A stretch of 64,000 bases of DNA. Origin: Phycisphaerae bacterium (lineage in GTDB: Bacteria; Planctomycetota; Phycisphaerae; UBA1845; Fen-1342). The notes below the pieces were generated by a model. It did no database searches and was not told the origin of the DNA. It saw nothing but the letters and a program-made list of their open reading frames with translations. Where the stretch lies: NCBI GenBank assembly GCA_050115495.1, contig JASFQK010000017.1, positions 1 to 64,000 of the forward strand, read 5' to 3'. Position numbers and translations under genes: made by a program. This document shows, in pieces, positions 56,523 to 64,000 of the stretch (within the stretch, counting starts at the first letter, position 1; every line of letters begins with the position of its first letter).

Positions 56523-56869
56523 TTTCCGGTGGCCTCGTCGACGCTACCTGCGATGATGAAGAACTTGTCGAGCTGGGTGATCTCGAAGACGCCGCGGACG
56601 CGCGGCTGAAGACCGGCGAGCACGACGGCGCCGCCACGGCGTTCGACCATGCGCTTGACCTCGACCATGGTGCCCACGCCGGAGGAGTCCATGTAACCGA
56701 CGCGACTCAAGTCGACGACGAGTCGCTTCGGCTCGCGTTCGACGACCTGGAGCAGGCGAGTCCGCAACTGCGGCGAAGTGCGCAAGTCGATCTCGCCGAC
56801 GACGTGAACGACCTCGGCGCCGGCGACGCTGCTCGTGGAGACCTGGATGCCGTCGGGTTGCTCGCTCAT
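56519..56869 (-). CDS. STAS-domain anti-sigma factor antagonist (RsbV/SpoIIAA-like)
   Basis: GEIDLRTSPQLR, VVDLSRVGYMDSSGVG, VFEITQL. Confidence 0.92.
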   Translation of the reverse strand: MSEQPDGIQVSTSSVAGAEVVHVVGEIDLRTSPQLRTRLLQVVEREPKRLVVDLSRVGYMDSSGVGTMVEVKRMVERRGGAVVLAGLQPRVRGVFEITQLDKFFIIAGSVDEATGK

Positions 56870-57345
56870 GATGCCTCGTCCGGGGCGTGGCCGGTGCCCG
56901 CCGAGTGGTTCCTGAACTTGCGCATGGTCAACAGCATACCGCCGCCCTCGGCCGGCGTGTACCGCACGGTGCTCATCATGGCCCGGATCAGGTGGACGCC
57001 GAGGCCGCCCGGGCGGACGTCGTCCAGGTCGCGGCCGCGGATGAGGTCGGGGTCGATCTGGCGACCGAAGTCGCGAACGCGGATCTCCAATCCCTCGCCA
57101 GCATCCGGCTCGTCGATGGCGTGCACGTTGACCTGGATAGCGCAGGAGGCGTCGCAGTCGTAGCCGTGGCGAATGACGTTGCTCAGGGCCTCGTCGACCG
57201 CCAGGGCGATCTCCGCCGCCTGGTCCTCGGTCCAGCCGTGGTCGAGGGCCCATTGGCGGAGCGTCTGCCGCGCCTCGGGCAGCACGTCCGGATTGCTCGT
57301 CAGTTCCAGTTCCAGCGTGTCCGCGTCACTCATTCGACTGCTCAT
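56866..57345 (-). CDS. Anti-sigma factor / Ser kinase (RsbW-like, HATPase_c)
   Basis: LAVDEALSNVIRHGY, RDFG, GGLGVHLI; GAGGGGAG RBS. Confidence 0.92.
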   Translation of the reverse strand: MSSRMSDADTLELELTSNPDVLPEARQTLRQWALDHGWTEDQAAEIALAVDEALSNVIRHGYDCDASCAIQVNVHAIDEPDAGEGLEIRVRDFGRQIDPDLIRGRDLDDVRPGGLGVHLIRAMMSTVRYTPAEGGGMLLTMRKFRNHSAGTGHAPDEAS

Positions 57346-57775
57346 CGCTCCCCTCGGCAGAGGCGGCGTTCTCCGTCGCGGAGGCCGCGGTCCGGGCCGA
57401 CGGCTCCGGCGGCGACAGCGTAATCTCCCCGTCGCGGAGGGCGTCCTGCCAGCGCCGCTCGGCGGCGGCCCGCGCCGGGGCATCGGCGTAGTACTTGTAG
57501 CCGTAGGTGCGACCACAGAGGCGCTGCAAAGCCAGGATGGCGTACATGCGCACCGTGCGATCGCGATCACCGAGCAAGGCGACCAGCCGGTGCACGGCCG
57601 TGGCATCGCCGGCCTCGGCCAACCGCACCGCCGCCGTCACCTGATCGAGGGGATTGGCAGACGCCAGGCGCTCGCGGTCGGAGGCCGCCGAGCGACAACC
57701 CACCGTCGCGAGCAGCAGCACCGGCAGCAGAAACGCCTTCCGCCACCTCAACCGATGCCCGGCTCTGTCCACCAT
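57326..57775 (-). CDS. HEAT-repeat lipoprotein
   Basis: Lipobox TVGC; LVALLGDRDRTVRMYAILAL HEAT motif. Confidence 0.75.
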   Translation of the reverse strand: MVDRAGHRLRWRKAFLLPVLLLATVGCRSAASDRERLASANPLDQVTAAVRLAEAGDATAVHRLVALLGDRDRTVRMYAILALQRLCGRTYGYKYYADAPARAAAERRWQDALRDGEITLSPPEPSARTAASATENAASAEGSDEQSNE

Positions 57776-57876
57776 GCCGGGCATTATAAGGCCGTACCGC
57801 CACGGCGAAAGCGGTCGACAAGTTGCGACCGCCTCGGCGTTCCAACGGGCGGCGCCGGCCCGTATCATGCTCGGCT

Positions 57877-59598
57877 ATGATCGAGGTCCACAGCGGCACG
57901 AAACCTGGGCGACCGCGGCTTCTGCTGCTGCTCTGCGCGGGCGCGCTGGCGGTCGCGCTCAGCCTGGCCTGGCTCCAGGTGCACTACTCGCGCCAGCTCG
58001 GCCCCGAACGCGAGGTCCCCGGCACACCCTTGCGGGTCCGCCTGCCCCATCGCTGGGTGGCCGATCCCAGCGAGCCGGGGGCGTTCCTTCTGGCGGCACG
58101 CCACCAGCGCGGCGGCCGGCAGCACTTCGACACCGAGCGACGCATCCGCTTCGTATATGAACGCTGGCCGGCGTTCGAGCCCCCGGCCGAGCACCTGCGC
58201 ATGACGGCCTCCGGTGGATACGAACCCGTGCCGACCCACATCGGGCGGTTCCCCGGAGTGCAGTTGCATCAGGTGATTCTCCGCCGCTGGGGCCCGCGTC
58301 CCCAGGACTTGAGGAAGTCAGAGACGGTCCAGCGAATGGCCTGGCTGCCGGGCGGGCAGCTCATCAAGGTCATCTACACGCCCATGACCGACGTGACGCT
58401 TGCCGACCTGCGACTGCTCGACGACATCTGCGCCACCGTTCGCCTCGACGAGCCCGCACTCAACGTCACCGCGGACGAGGCGTTGACCCACACCGGCGTC
58501 CACTTCACCGTGCCCCCCGGCTCGACCGTCACGCTGCCCTACCTGATCGACGTGCCCGGCCTGTTCCTCAGCGGCAACGACAACGGCGTGCCCGCGTGGT
58601 CGATCTGCGTCGTCCGCACCTGGCTGGCCCCACAGCGCACACCACGCGACCTGTTGCTCGACTTCGCGGCGGCGGTGTGGCTGCTGCCCGAGAGGGCGGT
58701 CGAGGTCCGCGAGTGGCAGCGCCCCGACGGATCGGCCGTGGCCACGTTGCGACGGCCGGATGACCTGCAATCGCAGCACCCGGTGGCGTCGGCCTGGATC
58801 GTGGCCCCGTCACCGAGTACGGCGGTCCTGTTGCTCGTGTACACCAGCGAGGTCCACGTGCAGGCGGCGAGCAAGGCCGCCGGCCGCATCGCCGACGAGA
58901 TCACCATCGACCCCCTGCCCTTCTTCTCCGACCTGGCGGCGGCGGAGTCGGCGGGCACCAGGTTGGCCGGACTGCTCACAGCGAAGGGCGCGCTGCCCTG
59001 GTGGGGCGAGCGCAGGCACGAGATGACCTTCCGCCGATCCGACAGGCCGGGCAACGACGAGATCAAGAACACTCGCGAAACCTGGAGCGAATCAGGTCGG
59101 TACGGATACGAGGGGCTGAGAGAGCGCTTCATAGGCAAGAGCGACAACGTGTCTAACAGGCTGCGCTGGGAGATCGACGACCGTGCGACAGCGTACGCTT
59201 CCAAAGAAACAACCATCCTGGGCCAGCTCAACATACTAACCACGAACGACAGGCGCGACGGCGGCAGCGCGGTGCAGCGTGTGGTCCAACTGAACAAGAG
59301 TCCGCTGTGGTCGGGGACGTTCACGCCGGGGGCGGCGTTCGTCTGCCCGCCGGTCGAGGTTATCGCCGAAGCCTGGGTCGCCCGGCAGGCGTCGGGGCAG
59401 TGGCTGCTGGAGGTGGCGACGCCGTTCGGGCGGGCGAGCCACTCGCGTCTGCTCACGCCGCTGGCGCCAGAGGACGGCGCGCACCGCGTGCTGCTTCTGG
59501 ACGACTACGATCCATTAGGGACGATTCGCGGCTTCGACGACAGCGACGAGTTGCTGTACTGGCGCAAGCCGACGGTGCGCTACGATCGCGTCCCGTAG
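57877..59598 (+). CDS. Hypothetical membrane-anchored protein
   Basis: N-terminal TM helix; long ORF with mostly host-like codon usage. Confidence 0.65.
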   Translation: MIEVHSGTKPGRPRLLLLLCAGALAVALSLAWLQVHYSRQLGPEREVPGTPLRVRLPHRWVADPSEPGAFLLAARHQRGGRQHFDTERRIRFVYERWPAFEPPAEHLRMTASGGYEPVPTHIGRFPGVQLHQVILRRWGPRPQDLRKSETVQRMAWLPGGQLIKVIYTPMTDVTLADLRLLDDICATVRLDEPALNVTADEALTHTGVHFTVPPGSTVTLPYLIDVPGLFLSGNDNGVPAWSICVVRTWLAPQRTPRDLLLDFAAAVWLLPERAVEVREWQRPDGSAVATLRRPDDLQSQHPVASAWIVAPSPSTAVLLLVYTSEVHVQAASKAAGRIADEITIDPLPFFSDLAAAESAGTRLAGLLTAKGALPWWGERRHEMTFRRSDRPGNDEIKNTRETWSESGRYGYEGLRERFIGKSDNVSNRLRWEIDDRATAYASKETTILGQLNILTTNDRRDGGSAVQRVVQLNKSPLWSGTFTPGAAFVCPPVEVIAEAWVARQASGQWLLEVATPFGRASHSRLLTPLAPEDGAHRVLLLDDYDPLGTIRGFDDSDELLYWRKPTVRYDRVP

Positions 59599-59759
59599 GC
59601 ATGTGCCTCGCTTACCCAGCCACCCGCTCGGGCACGTCGGCGAGCCGGCCCGTTTTCAGAAGGGTTGCGGCGCAGTATGCTGCGCGGTTGAGAAGACACT
59701 TGTGCTCTGAATACAATGCCCCCGCACCGCCGGGCGGTCGGTGCAAACCGTAGCCCCGG

Positions 59760-61646
59760 GTGCTTCACAACATGGAAACGGCAGAAATCTTGTCTACTCT
59801 GCGTCGGCCGGTGACAGCGCCGGCGGCGGAACCGGCGGGCAGCGTGTCCGCCACACCGCCGCAGACCTCGGAGCGAACCGGCTGCGCTGATTTCGACGGC
59901 CTGTCGTGGACGTACCGCAACGGGTTCGACCGCGTCCTGGCGGGCGTGCCGCGCAGCGCGTGGCAACAGCCCGAGCGTCAGGGCTGGCAGCGTATCAAGC
60001 ACAACGCCCGCCGGGAGGTTTGGCGGGCGGTGATCGACGGCACCAGCTTCTACCTGAAATACTACCGGCACGACTGGCTATCCTCGCTGCGCGGTCTGTG
60101 GCAGGCCTCCGCCTGTCATGCCGAATGGCAAGGTGGAATGTACGCCCTGCGGGCCGGCCTCGCCGCGGTGCGTCCGGCGGGGTTCACCACCGGTCTGCGG
60201 CGTGGCAAGAGCACGTTCTCCCTGCTGGTCACCGAGGCGGTCGAGCCCGTCTACCCGCTGAACGAATTCTTCGCCCAGGTGCACGCGGACCGCGACCACC
60301 GCCGTCGCCGACACGACATCGCCCAATTGGCCGAGCTGATCGGCGAGACGATCGCCCGCGCGCACCAGGCCGGCTTCGAGCACCTGGACATGCACGCGGC
60401 CAATATCCTCGTGCAGCCGGTCGCCCCCGGGCGGTACCGTACGCTGTTCGTGGACCTGCAAAGCGCCCGACTGGGCGTTCCGCTCGGCGACCGAGCCGTC
60501 GTCCGCAACCTGGCGCAGCTCAACCAGTGGTTCCGCCGGCACAGCAACGTGACCGATCGCTTGCGTTTCCTGCGGGCCTACGTCCGCTGGCGAAACGAGT
60601 ACGAGGTGGCTTTCCCGCTCGGCCGCCCGCTAAGACTGACCTTCCGCGAACTGGTGCGAGCCCTCGCGCAGGCCGCGCACGTTCACGCCCGGCGGCTGTG
60701 GGCGCGGCGTGACCGCCGAGCCTGCCGGGACGGGCGTTACTTCACCCGGCTGCGTCTGCGGGGTGGCTGGCGCGGCGTAGCCGTCGTGCAGGCCAAGCAT
60801 CGCAAGGATGAATCGCGGGCTTCGCAGATGGTCATCGACCGGGCCTGGTGGACCACGCAGCTCGCCCGGCCGCTGCGCTGGTTCGACGAGGACGTCGGCG
60901 AATCGTGCAAGGACTCACACTCGGCGGACGTCCGCCGCGCCGTGCTGGTGCACCCCAGCGGCAACCTACCCGTGATCATCAAGCGTCCGCGATCACGCAA
61001 CGCGCGCCGCTGGCTGAGCCAGCACCTGACCCGCTCGCGCAGCCTGCGCGGCTGGTGCCGCGGACACGCCCTGCTGAACCGCGACGTACCCGCCGCCCGT
61101 CCGCTGGCCGTGCTCGAACGCCGGCTCGGACCGCTCGTCCTGGACAGCCTGCTGATCACCGAGGCCGTGCCCGGCGGCGTCGATCTCGAAAACCATCTGC
61201 GCCGCGAGCACGAGCGGTGCGGGCCGCTCGAATGGTTCCGCCACAAGCAGGCCCTCGGCCGGCTGCTGTGCCGGCACCTGCGGCTGCTCGAGCAGAAGGG
61301 TTTCACGCACCGCGACTGCAAGGCCAGCAACTTCCTGGTGCTCAGCGAGCCGGCCCTGAAGTTGCTCTGCATCGACATGGACGGCGTGCGTGTGCTGAAG
61401 CGAGCCAGGCCGGCACCGCACCACGTATGCCGCTCGCTGGCCCGCCTGCACGTCAGCCTGCTGGACAACCCCGGGCTGACGCGGACGGACCGGGCGCGTT
61501 TTCTGCGCTGCTATTGCGCCCGCTGGGGCGTCGGGGCGCACGCCTGGCGCACGCTCTGGCGGCAGCTAGCCCCCCATGTGTTAAGAACCGAGGTTGCTTG
61601 CGCAGCGCATCGCCGCTGGAAGCGCGAGCACTACGGCCGGGAGTAA
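59760..61646 (+). CDS. Tandem two-domain lipopolysaccharide kinase (Kdo/WaaP/InaA)-like protein
   Basis: Two kinase catalytic loops, HLDMHAANIL...VDL and HRDCKASNFL...IDMDG; DRLRFLRAY / DRARFLRCY. Confidence 0.8.
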   Translation: MLHNMETAEILSTLRRPVTAPAAEPAGSVSATPPQTSERTGCADFDGLSWTYRNGFDRVLAGVPRSAWQQPERQGWQRIKHNARREVWRAVIDGTSFYLKYYRHDWLSSLRGLWQASACHAEWQGGMYALRAGLAAVRPAGFTTGLRRGKSTFSLLVTEAVEPVYPLNEFFAQVHADRDHRRRRHDIAQLAELIGETIARAHQAGFEHLDMHAANILVQPVAPGRYRTLFVDLQSARLGVPLGDRAVVRNLAQLNQWFRRHSNVTDRLRFLRAYVRWRNEYEVAFPLGRPLRLTFRELVRALAQAAHVHARRLWARRDRRACRDGRYFTRLRLRGGWRGVAVVQAKHRKDESRASQMVIDRAWWTTQLARPLRWFDEDVGESCKDSHSADVRRAVLVHPSGNLPVIIKRPRSRNARRWLSQHLTRSRSLRGWCRGHALLNRDVPAARPLAVLERRLGPLVLDSLLITEAVPGGVDLENHLRREHERCGPLEWFRHKQALGRLLCRHLRLLEQKGFTHRDCKASNFLVLSEPALKLLCIDMDGVRVLKRARPAPHHVCRSLARLHVSLLDNPGLTRTDRARFLRCYCARWGVGAHAWRTLWRQLAPHVLRTEVACAAHRRWKREHYGRE

Positions 61647-61681
61647 TCCCGCCAACCATCCCCCCTGCCGATCTCCCCGCG

Positions 61682-62413
61682 TCAGGCGCTGACGGCGGTC
61701 TTGGCCTCGTCTCGAATCGCCGGCACGAGGATCTTCTCGCCCAGGCCGCGGCGCTTGGCGTACTCGTGCAGCTTGGGGACGTCGCGAATGACACTCAGGT
61801 CGTCGTGCGTGTCGGTGCCGATGGTGACGAACACGCGGTGGTTCGGCAGCAGGTTGAACCAGCGATCGTGCTCATCGAGCGGCAGGAACTTGGAGCTGAT
61901 CTCGTAAAACATCCGGGCGTTGGCCACCGTCCGCACGACCTGGTCCATGGAGGTCGTCGGGAACTGCTCGGCGACGACCGTGTGGGCCAGACCCACCGGG
62001 CAGGGCCAGCGCCGCGCCTGGTTGGCCAGCGTGGTCAGGCCGGCCCAGTCGGCGTACTCGAACAGGACGTAGTCGATGCCGGTGAGCATCTCGCGGATGC
62101 AGCCGAGCATCGTCTTGTTCATGGGCCAGTTGATCTCTGCCCCGCACAGGATACGCACTTTGCCCGCCCAGCGCTGGCGTGCCTCACGCACCTGCTCGAC
62201 GTACGCCCGCGTCTCCTTGCTGAACAGCCGTTCGAACTCGCGGTCGTTGGTCACCTCGCGTGACGACGGCGTGCCGAACAAGTGGTCCGAAATGCCGATG
62301 CCGGCCGTTTCGAACTCCTTGCAATCCAGGTGGGCCTCGACGATCTCGTCGATCGTGTAGGCGCCATCCGAGAACGGCGTGTGGTTGTGCAGGTTGTACA
62401 AGCCCTGACTCAT
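61682..62413 (-). CDS. PHP-domain phosphoesterase
   Basis: NLHNHTPFSDG, ISDH, GAEI, LAHT, GTDTH. Confidence 0.88.
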   Translation of the reverse strand: MSQGLYNLHNHTPFSDGAYTIDEIVEAHLDCKEFETAGIGISDHLFGTPSSREVTNDREFERLFSKETRAYVEQVREARQRWAGKVRILCGAEINWPMNKTMLGCIREMLTGIDYVLFEYADWAGLTTLANQARRWPCPVGLAHTVVAEQFPTTSMDQVVRTVANARMFYEISSKFLPLDEHDRWFNLLPNHRVFVTIGTDTHDDLSVIRDVPKLHEYAKRRGLGEKILVPAIRDEAKTAVSA

Positions 62414-63105
62414 GAAATCTCCCTGGCTTCTAGCCCAATCACGATCCAGACGGCGCCGCTCTTCCGCTGCGTTGTTCGCTCAGCGCTTCTGCCGCGGTAA
62501 CGGCGACCCCCCAGGGAACCCCTTCCACTCAGCAATGCCGAACCAACCGGCCCGAATACGACACCAGCAGACCACGCCAACGCCACCCCACGGGCGGCGC
62601 TATCCACCGAGCCCACTGAAAACGAAACCCGTCCTACCGTAGATTCGCGAACGCCGGGCAAACCCCAGGACCCACGCCTGCGTTCACGACTCCAATATAG
62701 CACCATCTCCCGGCCCCGTCCACCCCGGACGTAGCAGTACGTTCCTTCGGCCCGAATCCTTCCCTGTCACTCCGCCCGGTTCCCTCGGGGCTCGGCCACC
62801 AAGTGGGCTCGGCAGTCGAGCTCCCCTCACTTCATCGGCCCAGCACGCCCCGAGCCCTTACCAGATTCTATGCCGCCTGCCGGCCCGGCTCCCCTCGGTT
62901 CCAGCCTCCGGCGGCGCAGCGCACGATGCGTCGGTGAACGATGGCGCGGCGGTCGAGTTGCGCGTGTCCCGGAGCGATCGACCCCATTTCGGCCCAACGT
63001 AGCCCTCTTCGCCACCCTTCCCTTTACCTTAGTATAACATCGTCACGCGGCGAAGCAATGGTGTTCCGCCCGCCATATACCCATTGCCGCCACCGCCCGG
63101 CCCGG

Positions 63106-64000
63106 TCAGCCGACCCCGACGCATTCGGCCACCGCATCCGCCTCTGTCGGCAACGCCTCGGACATCACCTCGGGGCCGCCGGTCTCCCGCACGCAGATCG
63201 TGTGCTCAACGCGAATGCCGCCGAACCGGTCGCGCAGTAGCGCGTCCACCTTCGGACGATTGACGACGTCCGCCAGCGGCTGCACCAGCTCGGCACTGGC
63301 CCAGATGGCCGGCACGAGATAGATGCCCGGCTCGACCGTCAGCGTCATCTGCGGGGCGAGGTCGCGGTCCAGCCGTACGTACTTGTTGCCGAACTCCGGA
63401 CGGCGCGTCCGCCCCGGCGGATAGCCGGCGATGTCCCCGAAGTCCTCCATGTCGTGCCCGTCCAGGCCGATCAGATGGCCCAGCCCGTGCGGGAAGAACA
63501 GAGCGTGCGCGGTGCGGGCGGCCAGTTCGGCGGGATCGCCGCGGAGCAATTCCGCCTCAACCAGTCCGGCACAGATGACTTGCGCCGCCAGATCGTGCAC
63601 GTCACGGAACCGTCGGCCGGGCACGCACGCCGCCGTCGCCTGGTTCAGCGCGGCCAGCGTCGTGCCGTACAGGTGCCGCTGGATCGACGTCCAGCAGCCG
63701 TTGACCGGGAACGTCCGCGTGATGTCGCTCGAGTAGCCGCCGGGCTCCTCGCCGCCGGCGTCGGTCAGCAGCAGCGCACCGTCGGTCATCACGTTGCCGT
63801 GACCGTGGCCGTGCAGCACCTCGCCGCGAATCGTGATGATTGGGTTAAAAGCGACCTCGCACTGCTGCGCGGCCAGCACGGCGACGTACGCCGCCACGAC
63901 GTCCGCCTCGCGCCGTCCGGGACGCGTCGCCGCCATGGCCGCCCGGTGTGCCGCCATCGACACCTCGGTGGCCCGGCGCATGGCCGTCAATTCGTGCTCG
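63106..64000 (-). CDS. pepP: Xaa-Pro aminopeptidase (M24B), 5'-partial
   Basis: LTDAG, SDITRTFP, FPHGLGHLIGLDGHD, TVEPGIY, GIRVEH; the ORF continues past the window edge. Confidence 0.9.
   Translation of the reverse strand, partial: EHELTAMRRATEVSMAAHRAAMAATRPGRREADVVAAYVAVLAAQQCEVAFNPIITIRGEVLHGHGHGNVMTDGALLLTDAGGEEPGGYSSDITRTFPVNGCWTSIQRHLYGTTLAALNQATAACVPGRRFRDVHDLAAQVICAGLVEAELLRGDPAELAARTAHALFFPHGLGHLIGLDGHDMEDFGDIAGYPPGRTRRPEFGNKYVRLDRDLAPQMTLTVEPGIYLVPAIWASAELVQPLADVVNRPKVDALLRDRFGGIRVEHTICVRETGGPEVMSEALPTEADAVAECVGVG

Overview
High-GC bacterial chromosomal window, most consistent with Planctomycetota, probably class Phycisphaerae. This is an inference from the RpoB signature [15 protein letters not shown], tandem DUF1570-type metallopeptidases and a GACC-repeat/dockerin secreted protein. 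Most of the window is housekeeping: holA, ruvX, rpoB, rpoC, tsaE, thiL, thiC, queE, queD, recO, rnpA, comEC and a partial pepP. The first ~1.7 kb looks accessory or degraded, with a probable IS end. I saw no CRISPR array, rRNA, tRNA, integrase or reverse transcriptase. The most noteworthy items are: (1) a stand-alone rpoB-GNAT-rpoC operon with its own promoter and terminator, whose inserted GNAT-fold gene has a disrupted acetyl-CoA loop; (2) a TPP riboswitch with an unusually extended P5/L5 arm upstream of a double-DinB gene and a ThiC with a large insertion; (3) an orphan TssB-TssC (T6SS sheath) fusion; (4) a candidate orphan sRNA with an extended -10 promoter, a C-rich loop and a U tail; (5) a partner-switch module (RsbW/STAS) translationally coupled to MlaE; (6) a GHMP kinase-nucleotidyltransferase fusion; (7) an alpha-2-macroglobulin-like protein lacking the thioester motif. 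All family calls come from motif recognition by eye; no database searches were run.
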